Position numbers and translations under genes: made by a program
Notes under the pieces: generated by a model
Told to the model about the DNA's origin: nothing
The model's database searches: none
What the model saw: the letters and a program-made list of their open reading frames with translations, nothing else
Part shown: in pieces, positions 46,863 through 56,386 of the stretch
Numbering within the stretch: position 1 is the first letter of the stretch
Layout: each line of letters opens with the position of its first letter
Assembly: GCA_039186605.1 (NCBI GenBank)
Contig: JBCCZZ010000001.1
Location: 155,252-219,251, forward strand
DNA length: 64,000 nucleotides
Direction of reading: 5' to 3'
DNA from: Planctomycetota bacterium
GTDB lineage: Bacteria > Planctomycetota > Phycisphaerae > Phycisphaerales > UBA1924

Positions 46863-48116
46863 ATGGCCGACAAGCCGGACTTCTTGGTCGTCGGCGGCGG
46901 GATCATCGGTCTCGCGTGCGCGCACTATCTGCGCGCGCTCGGGGGCCGCGTCACAGTTATCGACCGCGGCACAATCGGTGGTGCTTGTTCGCACGGAAAC
47001 TGTGGGTACATCTGCCCAAGCCACGTGCTGCCTCTCACCGAGCCTGGAGCATTGGCGGAGGGCCTGCGGTCGTTGTTCGATCCCGGCGCGGCCTTCCGGA
47101 TACGACCTAGCCTATCTCCCGCGTTGTGGTACTGGCTCGCACAGTTCGGTTCGCGCTGTACGAAGAAGCAGATGATGCGAGCCGCGCCAGCGCTTAAGGC
47201 GATGCTTGATTCATCGATTGCTGAGTATCGTGATCTTGTCAGACAGGGAACGGTCGATGGCGAATGGGAAGACCGCGGCTTGCTGTACGTCTTCCGATCG
47301 GCATCGGCCCTGGACCGGTTCGGTGAGAAGGTCGCACTGATACGAGATTCGCTGGGCGTGTCTGCGACGAACATCAACCGTGAAGAGCTTCCCGATTTTG
47401 ATCCGGCTATACGGCCAGGCATGGCCGGTGCCTACCACTTCATGGGAGACGCATCCGTTAGGCCCGAGGCACTCATTTCGAGCTGGGCTGATACGCTGCA
47501 AGAAAAGGGTGTTGAACTGATTGAAGGCTGCGCTTTTGAAGGCCTCGATACCCATGCTGGGCGTATACGCGCGATTCGCACCGATCGAGGGAACATGCCC
47601 GCTGGTTCATTTGTGTTTGCGCTTGGCGCGTGGAGTTCGCAGTTCGCGAGCATACTCGGTTGCGCGATACCAATCCAGCCCGGCAAGGGCTACTCGATCA
47701 CGATGCGCAGGCCCGACGTATGTCCGATCCACCCGATGCTCTTCCCTGAAGAACACGTCGGGGTGAGCCCGTTCAGGGACGGCTACCGCCTGGGCTCGAT
47801 GATGGAGTTCGCCGGTTACGATGAGCACATACCAGAGCGCCGTATCCAACAACTTCGCCGGGCGGCAGAGCCATACCTGGTCGAGCCGCACAGCCCAGAC
47901 GAGATCGATCGATGGTACGGCTGGCGACCAATGACATGGGATAGCCTGCCGATCATCGGACGCCTCGACGAGCTGTCGAACGTGATTTTAGCGACGGGCC
48001 ACAACATGCTGGGAATCAGCATGGCTGCCGCGACGGGCCGATTGGTCGCGGAGATCGCGGCAGACAAAGTGCCCCACATCGATCCCAAGCCGTACTCGCC
48101 TGCACGGTTTCGATAG
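46863..48116 (+). CDS. FAD-dependent oxidoreductase (D-hydroxyproline/D-amino-acid dehydrogenase family)
   Basis: DFLVVGGGIIGLACAHYL dinucleotide-binding motif, DAO-family length (417 aa). Confidence 0.75.
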   Translation: MADKPDFLVVGGGIIGLACAHYLRALGGRVTVIDRGTIGGACSHGNCGYICPSHVLPLTEPGALAEGLRSLFDPGAAFRIRPSLSPALWYWLAQFGSRCTKKQMMRAAPALKAMLDSSIAEYRDLVRQGTVDGEWEDRGLLYVFRSASALDRFGEKVALIRDSLGVSATNINREELPDFDPAIRPGMAGAYHFMGDASVRPEALISSWADTLQEKGVELIEGCAFEGLDTHAGRIRAIRTDRGNMPAGSFVFALGAWSSQFASILGCAIPIQPGKGYSITMRRPDVCPIHPMLFPEEHVGVSPFRDGYRLGSMMEFAGYDEHIPERRIQQLRRAAEPYLVEPHSPDEIDRWYGWRPMTWDSLPIIGRLDELSNVILATGHNMLGISMAAATGRLVAEIAADKVPHIDPKPYSPARFR

Positions 48117-48233
48117 CGGTTTGCAGCCAGCTCGGGATCAGCGCTTATGGCACGGTACGATGGGTTTTCTGCGAGCACAACAATGTTCGTGTGCGAGTCC
48201 TAGGCTTGCTGCAAACCAGGCTCCTGAGAAGTT

Positions 48234-48268
48234 TTCCGGTGTAGCCCAGTGGTAGAACGTCAGCTTCT
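48234..48268 (+). pseudogene. tRNA-Gly-like 5' fragment (acceptor/D-arm/anticodon-stem part only)
   Basis: CCGGTGTAGCCCAGTGGTAGAACGTCAGCTTC is nearly identical to nt 3-35 of the intact tRNA-Gly at 52044, then diverges. No T-arm or 3' acceptor strand. Confidence 0.45.
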
Positions 48269-48348
48269 CAATGCACAGAAGCACGACTTTCACATATCAG
48301 AGTTCCCGCTCATGAGCTCTCAAATCTGATTTGCAGATTGAGCGTGGG

Positions 48349-51174
48349 TCAACTGGTCAATTCAACTCGTTCTGGATCGACTGCCGTCTGCCAGCCTGCT
48401 TGCAGGTACTTGCGCTGGTCCAGTTGCCCACCCTCAAGCTTGCCGAGATCGAGATCGATCCACCGAGCCCACACGGCTTGCTCGCCGTCGGCCGCGACGA
48501 CCATCGCCCGAGCCCGCGTGAATGCCGCCTCGGCTTCTTCGATCCGGCCCAACGCGGCGAGCGCGTAGCCGCTTTCGCGAACGATGACCCCGGCTTCGCG
48601 CAGGGGCGCGCCTTGAAGATCGAACCCTTCGACTTCATCCAGAAACTGACCGATCACTTCCAGGGATTCCTTGGGTCTTTCCTTCATGCGCGCGATCGCT
48701 GCAAGCTGCCCCTTGTGGCGCAGCTGGTCTTCTCCACTAGGATCCCGGAATGGCATTGGCACTGTGAGGTCATCCTCGTCTGGCAGTCCTTCAAGCGCGC
48801 GTTCTGCTTCGGCGATCTGGCCATCGGCTAGCAGGGTCAGGGCGAGCACGGTGTGCGCAGAGTAGGTTTCGGTTGAATCTGAACCGAATACATCGAGGAC
48901 CACAGCGAGGGCGTCATGTGCCGTGCGCACCGCCTCTGCCGATTGGCCTTCAAAAAGATGGAACGTTGCGATAGACGACTCCCAGCTCGCGGTGTAGGCA
49001 TGCTTTACGCCCAGCAAAGATCGGTATTCTTCGAGGCCTGCAGTGCCATACTCAACGGCATCGCCCGGGATCCCGTGCGCCCCGTACAGCCTGGCAGTAG
49101 TCAACAGCGCGAACCCGCGGGAGAGGCCCGGAAATGTCTTGGGATCCGAGTTCAGTACAATCTCAAGCTGCCGGATCGCCTCTTCGAACCGACCTGTTCG
49201 CCGTAGGGCGTTTGCGAGAAAGACGCGGTCAAGACCTGCGAAGTCCCTCACGATTTGGCTGATCGAGCCGTCTTCGCAAAGCCCGACACGCGGCGTCAGG
49301 AACTCGATTGTGTCTTCGAACTGTCCCGCAAAGAATGCGGTTCCTCCGATGAGATGGCAGAGATTCCGGTACCGCTCGTGACAAACGTCGACGAGACCGC
49401 TGACCGCGGCCTCTTTTTTCATGGCAACTCGCAGACGCTCATCCATCGGAAGCGACGTGTCGTACAGCGCGGCGAGACCTTCGGCGATCAGAAGGCGGGG
49501 GTCACCTTCGGGGAGCCCTGCTTCGCGGTAGAGACGGACGATGTCCTGAGATTGATCAGGGATCCCCTCGAAGTTACCTGTCGAGAAAATCGCTGCTTCG
49601 ATCGCGATCCGGGCTTCTACTTCTAGGAGCGGCCGGCCTTCAAAGCGGATAGGAAGCATCTCCATTGCACGCTGGATGACATCGTGGACTGTGCTTTCAG
49701 ATGTAATCTTGATTTCACCGGAGGAACTTGTACCCCACGTGATCCCTCCGAACATGTCGAGGAAGTACGAGTTGAGTAACTCCGTATCGAGCCTTGCTTG
49801 CTGAGCCGCGATGTACTGATTGTGAGCGTCTTCACGTGCTGACTCTGCTCGGAAGTAGAGACCTGTTAAACCAGCGACGGCGCCGACGGCGAGCAAGATG
49901 AACAGTCCGGCGACAGTCACCGGAGCGCGGTTCCGGCGGACGAACTTGCGGACCCGGTACGCGCTGCTGGGGGGCCCCGCGAGCACGGGCTCGTCGTGCA
50001 GATGTCGCTGGAGATCTGTGGCGAGCCCGTTTGCGGTCTCGTAGCGCCGCGTGCGGTCCTTCTCAAGGCACTTCATCACGATCCAGTCGATGTCACCCCG
50101 AAGCAGCGCGCCAAGCTTCTGCACGTCAGCTCGGCGTTGGTCCGCCGTCTCGGTTGCGGTCGCGCCGAGCGTCGAAAGCCGGGTTGAGGGCTTGTGCGGC
50201 TCGACCTCGCGGATCATTCGCATCATGCCGTCGTAGCCCGCAGACCCCAGCTCTTCTTCGGTGAAGGGGGTCGTGCCGGTCAGCAGCTCGTAGAGCAGGA
50301 CGCCGAGCGAATAGATGTCACTCCTCGTGTCTATGTCGAGCCCGGACATCTCGGCCTGTTCGGGGCTCATGTAAGCAGGAGTGCCAATCATCTGGCGGTG
50401 CTGTGTGTAGATGGTCTTCTCGGTAAGCTCCTGGTTGGTGGCCTTCGCGATACCGAAGTCGATAACCTTGACGACCGGCACACTGTCGTGCAGTGTGACC
50501 AGCACGTTGTTAGGCTTGATGTCCCGATGAATGATGCCCTTTTGATGTGCGTGCTGGATCGCGTTGCACACTTGGGTGAATAGCCCGAGCCTTTCCCTCG
50601 TTCCGAGCCTCTCTGTGTCGCAGTATTCGAGAATTGGGACACCTCGAACCAGCTCCATGACAAAGAACGGTCGGCCCGTCTCTGTCGCACCCGCGTCGAG
50701 CACCTTGGCGATGTTTGGGTGGTCCATCATCGCCAGGGCCTGCCGCTCGGCCTCGAATCGAGCGATCACCTGCTTCGTATCCATACCCAGCTTGATGATC
50801 TTCAACGCAACGCGTCGTTTTACGGGTTCCTTTTGTTCAGCAGCCCAGACCGAGCCGAACCCACCCTCTCCGAGCTGCTCGAGAAGCTTGAATCGATCGA
50901 TCTGCTGTCCAACAAACTCTTGCTGCCGTGATGCCGGGACGGGCGATGGGACACCATCCGGCGCGGGGCTCTCGGTGAGAGCCGCTTCGGCTGTAACATC
51001 GCCAAGAAAGCCATCGTCCTCCGCTGCACGCACTATCGTGAGCACACGCTGCTTGAGTTCCTCATCACCACCACACTCGCGTTGAAGCAACTGCTCCCGT
51101 TCTTTGCCCTTGGTATCGAGCGCGAGGTCGAACAGTCTGCGAATGTCGTCTTGGGAGTATCGCGTCATGGCCAC
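48349..51174 (-). CDS. Ser/Thr protein kinase with TM segment and C-terminal TPR-like region
   Basis: LGEGGFGSVW, VALK, HRDIKPNNVL, DFGIAK and GTPAYMSPE are Hanks kinase subdomains. This is followed by a TM helix and a ~500-aa helical repeat region. Confidence 0.9.
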   Translation of the reverse strand: MAMTRYSQDDIRRLFDLALDTKGKEREQLLQRECGGDEELKQRVLTIVRAAEDDGFLGDVTAEAALTESPAPDGVPSPVPASRQQEFVGQQIDRFKLLEQLGEGGFGSVWAAEQKEPVKRRVALKIIKLGMDTKQVIARFEAERQALAMMDHPNIAKVLDAGATETGRPFFVMELVRGVPILEYCDTERLGTRERLGLFTQVCNAIQHAHQKGIIHRDIKPNNVLVTLHDSVPVVKVIDFGIAKATNQELTEKTIYTQHRQMIGTPAYMSPEQAEMSGLDIDTRSDIYSLGVLLYELLTGTTPFTEEELGSAGYDGMMRMIREVEPHKPSTRLSTLGATATETADQRRADVQKLGALLRGDIDWIVMKCLEKDRTRRYETANGLATDLQRHLHDEPVLAGPPSSAYRVRKFVRRNRAPVTVAGLFILLAVGAVAGLTGLYFRAESAREDAHNQYIAAQQARLDTELLNSYFLDMFGGITWGTSSSGEIKITSESTVHDVIQRAMEMLPIRFEGRPLLEVEARIAIEAAIFSTGNFEGIPDQSQDIVRLYREAGLPEGDPRLLIAEGLAALYDTSLPMDERLRVAMKKEAAVSGLVDVCHERYRNLCHLIGGTAFFAGQFEDTIEFLTPRVGLCEDGSISQIVRDFAGLDRVFLANALRRTGRFEEAIRQLEIVLNSDPKTFPGLSRGFALLTTARLYGAHGIPGDAVEYGTAGLEEYRSLLGVKHAYTASWESSIATFHLFEGQSAEAVRTAHDALAVVLDVFGSDSTETYSAHTVLALTLLADGQIAEAERALEGLPDEDDLTVPMPFRDPSGEDQLRHKGQLAAIARMKERPKESLEVIGQFLDEVEGFDLQGAPLREAGVIVRESGYALAALGRIEEAEAAFTRARAMVVAADGEQAVWARWIDLDLGKLEGGQLDQRKYLQAGWQTAVDPERVELTS

Positions 51175-51179
51175 TCCTG

Positions 51180-51821
51180 TCAGTCACGCGTCGACTCGAT
51201 CGCTTCACGCAGCCAGCCACGAGCGAAGGCCCATGTGCGTTTCACGGTGGGCTCCGAGACGTTGAGCACGAGCGCGGTCTGCTCGATGCTCAGCCCCGCA
51301 AAGTACCGAAGGCGGACGATCTGAGCCGATTTTGGATCCACACTCTCCAAGCGGAAGATCGCGTCGTGGAGGATCAGGAATCCCGCATTTTCGCACACAG
51401 AGGATGGGTCTGGCAGGGATGCCAGGTTCAGCGCGCATTTCCGAGCGTCAGGGCCACCTCGTTTCTTGGCCACTTTTGCGCGGGCGTGATCGATCAGGAC
51501 TTGCCTCATGGCCTCGGCAGCCGCTGCATAGAAGTGCGCCCGACCGGCCCACGGGACCTGCCTATGCCCGGCGAGTTTGAGAAAGGCCTCGTGGACCAAT
51601 GCGGTCGCCGATAGCGTGTGCCCTGGGTGTTCACTCGCCAGATGCCCACGGGCGGCCGCGCGAAGTTGCTCGAACACCAGTGGCAGGAGCGCATCCGCGG
51701 CTGCACGGTTGCCACCAGCGGCGGCGTTCATGAGGACGGTTGCATCCGTATATGAGCTGGCCCCGGACATGTTCTCCATTATGCTGGACGTGTGCGGCGA
51801 GCCTGGCGAGTTCGGCTTCAC
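51180..51821 (-). CDS. ECF-type RNA polymerase sigma factor (planctomycete STK-associated type)
   Basis: Sigma-2 region (ALVHEAFLKL) and sigma-4 HTH (LRYFAGLSIEQTALVLNVSEPTVKRTW). Immediately upstream of the kinase on the same strand. Confidence 0.85.
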   Translation of the reverse strand: MKPNSPGSPHTSSIMENMSGASSYTDATVLMNAAAGGNRAAADALLPLVFEQLRAAARGHLASEHPGHTLSATALVHEAFLKLAGHRQVPWAGRAHFYAAAAEAMRQVLIDHARAKVAKKRGGPDARKCALNLASLPDPSSVCENAGFLILHDAIFRLESVDPKSAQIVRLRYFAGLSIEQTALVLNVSEPTVKRTWAFARGWLREAIESTRD

Positions 51822-52043
51822 TCCGGTGCGGCAGATGGCGATCGCATTCGGCCTGGGAACTCAAAGAAATTCTAGCTTTGGGAGCTGACGTTCTGACTCG
51901 CGATACCGGCTGAGCGATGCTGGAGCGGGATTCGGCGCATACTCTGAAGAGCAACGTAGTAAAATGTCGCGCGATGTCGAGCGATTTTGCACGACTTCAA
52001 CCCAGAGGTCTTGTCGCCGTAAAATACCGTAGAATATTGACTT

Positions 52044-52116
52044 GCGGGTGTAGTTCAGTGGTAGAACGTCAGCTTCCCAAGCTGAATGTCGCCGGTTCGA
52101 CTCCGGTCACCCGCTT
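52044..52116 (+). tRNA. tRNA-Gly (anticodon CCC)
   Basis: GCGGGTG acceptor, D-arm TAGTTCAGTGGTAGAAC, anticodon stem-loop TCAGC-TTCCCAA-GCTGA, T-arm GGTTCGACTCC, 3' CACCCGC. Candidate promoter TTGTCG/TAGAAT immediately upstream. Confidence 0.85.
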
Positions 52117-53454
52117 TCCAGTTTCCGCCGATGCATGGGGGTGCGAGGCGGTGCTAAGCCCCGCGAATTGCAGCACTTCGCCATCGGTCGACTGACCGTC
52201 GTCCGCGGCTGTCTTGGTGCCGCCGAATGGCAGCGAAGCGCGGCCAACCGCACTGGAAAGCTGTGTGCGCGCTGCGCCAGGCGCTGCAACCCCGGGCAAG
52301 CCATCGATGGCTCTGGTGGTGTCGGACAGCCCCAGGACGGTGTAGTGCGACAGGGTGGTGCGGTAGTCGCTGTGCCGCATGATCTGCTGAGCCAGCTGCG
52401 GGGCCACGCCCGCCCGCGCGAGCGAGGTGCCCAGTGTGGTCCGCATCGCGTGAAAGTCGACGACGCGACCCTCGCTGTCGGTCTGCTTCAAGAAGTCTGA
52501 TGCCGAGCGGGTTTCGCGATCGTCTTCCGTCTCCGCTGCCTCGATCCATGCTTGACGGGCTCTATCGAGATCGCTGTAGAAGGTGCGGATCGTGGGCATC
52601 GTCTGGAAGACCGGGCTGTTCGGGTCGGGTGCCTCGGGGCGGATCGAGACCAGGGCGTCAACCGCGGCCAAGTGGAGCGGGATCACGTCCTCACGTTTGG
52701 CTTTGCCCACGCTGATGCGCACTCGAAGCGACCGCTGGTCGAGGTCCACGTCGCTCCAGGCGATCTTGCCCATCTCGCCTCGTCGCAGCCCAGTGAGTGC
52801 CGCCACGAGGTACACGACATGCCGCGGCGTGTACTTTCGCTTCGTGTGTCGTTGGTCCTCATGAACCGTCTGACCAATGAGCCAACTGAGTTCTTCAACG
52901 GACAAAGCGCGTCGCTGGCGGCGACGGTCGACCCGCTCTTCTGCCTTCGCCACTCGCGCCAGCGGGTTGCTGCGCAGCCGACCGGTCTTCACGCACCAGT
53001 TCATGAACGCGACGATGTCCTGACGGCGATGATTCACCGTTCGTGCCGCAAGCCCTTCTTTGCGCAGACCGTGGAGGTATCGCTCGAACGAGTTGGTGTC
53101 AAGATGAGCCAGTCGGGTCGCCCGCGACATCGAGACGAAGGCGTCGAGGTGATTGCGCTTCTGGCCGACTGTCCGGCCAGACATCCGCACGTGCTCGCAG
53201 TGCTCGTAGTACTCAGTCAGATGTTCCGCAAGGTCTCGATCGCCCTCACTCGCATATCGATCATCGTCGGCATTCGTGACGCCGAACCGACGACGCATGA
53301 CTTTGGACTCGAACTCCCGGGCAATCTCCTGGGTGACGGCCTTGTCGGTGCTGCCGGTGACGGTCCGGCGACGTCCGTGTTCGTCGGTATAGGCGATCAT
53401 CCACGGGCGGCCCTTCTTGCCCTTGTCGCAGGCTCGCTTGAAGATGCTGGCCAT
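52069..53454 (-). CDS. Tyrosine-type site-specific integrase (3' end overlaps the tRNA-Gly 3' half)
   Basis: C-terminal catalytic domain with the R...HxxR...Y pattern (HAMRTTLGT...IMRHSDYRTTLSHYT). No stop codon until inside the tRNA, as is typical for int genes that overlap their att site. Start taken at MASIF. Confidence 0.85.
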   Translation of the reverse strand: MASIFKRACDKGKKGRPWMIAYTDEHGRRRTVTGSTDKAVTQEIAREFESKVMRRRFGVTNADDDRYASEGDRDLAEHLTEYYEHCEHVRMSGRTVGQKRNHLDAFVSMSRATRLAHLDTNSFERYLHGLRKEGLAARTVNHRRQDIVAFMNWCVKTGRLRSNPLARVAKAEERVDRRRQRRALSVEELSWLIGQTVHEDQRHTKRKYTPRHVVYLVAALTGLRRGEMGKIAWSDVDLDQRSLRVRISVGKAKREDVIPLHLAAVDALVSIRPEAPDPNSPVFQTMPTIRTFYSDLDRARQAWIEAAETEDDRETRSASDFLKQTDSEGRVVDFHAMRTTLGTSLARAGVAPQLAQQIMRHSDYRTTLSHYTVLGLSDTTRAIDGLPGVAAPGAARTQLSSAVGRASLPFGGTKTAADDGQSTDGEVLQFAGLSTASHPHASAETGKRVTGVEPATFSLGS

Positions 53455-53455
53455 C

Positions 53456-53668
53456 TCACGCGTCCTTGTCTTGGTACGCAACCACAAGCCCCAGGTACTC
53501 GGCGAGGGCGTCGACGTACCGGAGCGAGAGACTGCTCTTCTTGTTCACGAATCTGGAGAGCAGCGATTGGTCGATGCCGGTGTCCTTGGCGATCCGGTAC
53601 TGGCTCTCGTCGGCCTTGATCACGGCTGCTCGAAGCTGATCGCTGAGTGACAGTTTCTTGCGAGGCAT
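53456..53668 (-). CDS. Small HTH DNA-binding protein (XRE/excisionase-like)
   Basis: 71 aa. LRAAVIKADESQYRIAKDTGIDQSLLSRFVN is an HTH. Immediately upstream of the integrase. Confidence 0.55.
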   Translation of the reverse strand: MPRKKLSLSDQLRAAVIKADESQYRIAKDTGIDQSLLSRFVNKKSSLSLRYVDALAEYLGLVVAYQDKDA

Positions 53669-53969
53669 GGCTGTTCCTAATACATGACTATTTGTCAAGT
53701 ATATGTGCTGTATGCAAGCTTGGCAATGACCAGGCTGCCCGGTAGGGCAACCCGGCCTGTCGAGGCCTGAGAGGCGTTGAGATGCCCTCAGAGGCCACTG
53801 GGCACCGGGCAGGGCACATGGCGTGGGCCAGGGCCGTGCACGGGCAGGCACGCGTACAGCGGCACTGCCGTTGCCCCATTGGCCATGTACACAGGTTCCC
53901 TTTCCAGCGCCAAGGGCCCTGGGTACCGCGTGTCATTGCGTGCACCCCGGGCCCCACCCAGCCCCGGGG

Positions 53970-56159
53970 CTAGAACCCAAGCCTGGGGGCGTTGGGCAGC
54001 AGCCGAACGCCGCGATAGACGCGGTACCGGCTTTCCTTGCTGCCCCGCTGTGACACCGATACCTCCGGATGAGCTGCGAGCAGATCACGTCCAAAGGTCT
54101 GAACTGGCGTGGGGTGATCGATCCCGACTCGTTCGCACCAGGCGCGGTACGAGCCATGCAGATCCGTCACTGACGTCTCCGCACCATCCGTCAGATCGCA
54201 ACACTCTTTGACGAACGTGGATACGGGGCTCGCGAGCTCGGTGAGCATGCCAAGGGCTTCCTCACCCGCACGAGGCTGGATGAACTTACCTCGCTCGTAG
54301 AGCCGACGCCGCCCTTCCATTGCCCAGATCAGGATGCCGGGTAGATCGGCGAGTAGCCGGTCTGTCAGCCGGGTGTCTTCCTTTCCCAAGAACGACTTCT
54401 TGAGCGACAGAACGATGAAACGCTGCGCAAGAGCACCACTCGAATCTTGCAGCCGAGGGAGTTCGTTGGACATGATGATCAACCGAGACTGCAGCGTGAC
54501 TGTGATGGTCTCCTTGAACTTTCGGTTCACGGTCAACGCGTCCTCGCCGCTGATGCTCAGCAGACGTTCGGCGATCTGACCAACCGCGGCACCTCGTTGG
54601 ATGCGGGCATCGGAGATGATTGCCAGAATCGCGTTGAGCAATGGAGCAAGCCCGAACTCGCCACCAAGACTCGAGAGCGTCGGGCCCTTCACACTCTGGT
54701 TCCCGAGAAGACCACGAATCACACGAGCAATAGTGCCCTTTCCAGATCGCGGCGGCCCGACGATGAGAAGCATCTTGTGGAACCGCACATCCGGAGTCAG
54801 GCAGAGCCCGATGAATTCCTGGAGAACGCCCATCTGCTGGGTGTCTCCATCGAAAATATCATCGAGGAAATCGAACCATGCGGTGGGTGGGCCTGCTCCG
54901 GGGTCGTAGTCCATCGGGGCGTGGTAGGTACAGAAGAACTGAGGCGTTGCGGGCACAAGCATCCCGCTCTGGACATCAACCAGACCGTTTCGAGCGGGAA
55001 GCAGTTGTTTGGCCGGTACGCTTGCTGAACGGGCATCGAGCCACTCATGAGTCCCGCGATCAATCTCGCGGTGTCTCAAACGACTCAATGCATGCCTGAC
55101 TCGCTCGATCAGCGCTTTGTCGGGCTTGAGCAAAGTTCTTGCGGGCCCACCTTTGACCTTGGACGCTACCTTCAGCTTGGCCAGGTAGAGGTACAGCTCT
55201 TTCTCGATGTGGGCACTCTCAATGACTCGATAGCTTCCTTCTGTGTACGCATAGAAGTCGCCTGCGTAGTAGACAAGTGTCGGATCTCCCCGAAGGGTGT
55301 ACTTGGCGTTGAGGAACCCCAGTGACAGCTGAAGCACATCACGCGGGTCGGACACACGCTCGTCTCCCTCCCCGGTGATGTACTCAGCAAGGACGTCGAG
55401 ACCGCCGGCCTTTGAGCTTGCTAGGACCAAGAGCTCATCCAGGGTGTGCCCGGCCTCAAGCCAATCAGACACATCTTGTTTGTTCTCAAGGCCGTCGAGC
55501 AACAGGATCGAGACGGACGCAACGCCCGCTCTTTGCAGCTGCTCAAACACGGTCATTGCGTATCGGAAGCCAGCAATGTCGTGATCAGGCACGATGCATA
55601 CCCGCCGACCCATCAGATTCGAGAGATCGGTGAGGTGCGGGGATGACGCGCCGCCGAGTGTCGTAGTGGCTACGCCACCGAGGTCGTTGATGTTCTCAGC
55701 GTCCTTCTCGCCCTCGACAAAGAAGACAGTCTCGGCGTGATCTGCCCTCATAATCCCGCGCAGATTGAACGGGATTCGATCAGTACCACCAAGACCATCA
55801 ACCCGGCCTTCTGGTGTCGTCCGTTCAATGGCGAAATGCTTGTTTGGGTATCTGACCACCCAGTACGCGATATCGCCGTCCTCGTCCTCGTATGGCCACG
55901 CATTCACGTAGTCATCGCGAACACCAGGGAACGAACCGAGATCACTCTCAGTCAGGCCGAGAGCAGCCAAGACCTTGCCGCGCGAACAGCCTGCGTGACA
56001 CTTGACGTGGACGCGATCGCCGCACACGCCGGCCCAAAAACTCGGTCGCTGATCATCGTGACCTGGCACGGGGCAGCGACCACGGATAAACGTGCCGTCT
56101 GGGCTCCACGTCACATCTTCAATTCGCGATGCGATTCGATCGAGAGTTGAGTGATTCAC
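53970..56159 (-). CDS. DNA primase/helicase, phage/plasmid P4-type (zinc-binding N-terminus, TOPRIM, D5_N-like, P-loop NTPase)
   Basis: CxxH...C...C zinc module (CPVPGHDD...HVKCHAGC), TOPRIM acidic blocks (VFFVEGEKDAENIN, IVPDHDIAG) and Walker A LLIVGPPRSGKGT. A GTG at 56159 overlaps the AlpA-like stop (GTGA). Confidence 0.8.
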   Translation of the reverse strand: MNHSTLDRIASRIEDVTWSPDGTFIRGRCPVPGHDDQRPSFWAGVCGDRVHVKCHAGCSRGKVLAALGLTESDLGSFPGVRDDYVNAWPYEDEDGDIAYWVVRYPNKHFAIERTTPEGRVDGLGGTDRIPFNLRGIMRADHAETVFFVEGEKDAENINDLGGVATTTLGGASSPHLTDLSNLMGRRVCIVPDHDIAGFRYAMTVFEQLQRAGVASVSILLLDGLENKQDVSDWLEAGHTLDELLVLASSKAGGLDVLAEYITGEGDERVSDPRDVLQLSLGFLNAKYTLRGDPTLVYYAGDFYAYTEGSYRVIESAHIEKELYLYLAKLKVASKVKGGPARTLLKPDKALIERVRHALSRLRHREIDRGTHEWLDARSASVPAKQLLPARNGLVDVQSGMLVPATPQFFCTYHAPMDYDPGAGPPTAWFDFLDDIFDGDTQQMGVLQEFIGLCLTPDVRFHKMLLIVGPPRSGKGTIARVIRGLLGNQSVKGPTLSSLGGEFGLAPLLNAILAIISDARIQRGAAVGQIAERLLSISGEDALTVNRKFKETITVTLQSRLIIMSNELPRLQDSSGALAQRFIVLSLKKSFLGKEDTRLTDRLLADLPGILIWAMEGRRRLYERGKFIQPRAGEEALGMLTELASPVSTFVKECCDLTDGAETSVTDLHGSYRAWCERVGIDHPTPVQTFGRDLLAAHPEVSVSQRGSKESRYRVYRGVRLLPNAPRLGF

Positions 56160-56386
56160 GCGCCACCTCGCTGTCCCCACTCAGCGCGGATGAACGTGTC
56201 GATTGTGGACTTGCGCCAGCGACGAATTCGCTTCGTCGCAACATCTGGAGGAGGAAACTGTCCTTGGGACCTACGCGACTGCAGAGTTCGCTTGCCAATC
56301 TTGAGGTACCGGGCGATCTCGTGGAGTGTGAGAAAACAGTCTTCAACCCCGTCGTGGGCTTCGTAGCCCAAAATCTGACTTGTCAT
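56156..56386 (-). CDS. AlpA/MerR-like phage-type HTH regulator (excisionase-like)
   Basis: FLTLHEIARYLKIGKRTLQSRRSQGQFPPP is an AlpA-family HTH_17 signature. About 76 aa. Confidence 0.6.
   Translation of the reverse strand: MTSQILGYEAHDGVEDCFLTLHEIARYLKIGKRTLQSRRSQGQFPPPDVATKRIRRWRKSTIDTFIRAEWGQRGGA

Noticed and set aside
48234-48316. Possible second intact tRNA near 48.24 kb
   Set aside because: Only the 5' acceptor strand, D-arm and 5' anticodon stem are recognisable. There is no anticodon loop, T-arm (GGTTCGA) or 3' acceptor strand, so it is called a fragment.
53455-53487. Longer integrase N-terminus (MWLRTKTRTRE...)
   Set aside because: This start would overlap the upstream HTH gene. 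MASIFKR is a typical integrase N-terminus, so the start is placed at 53454.
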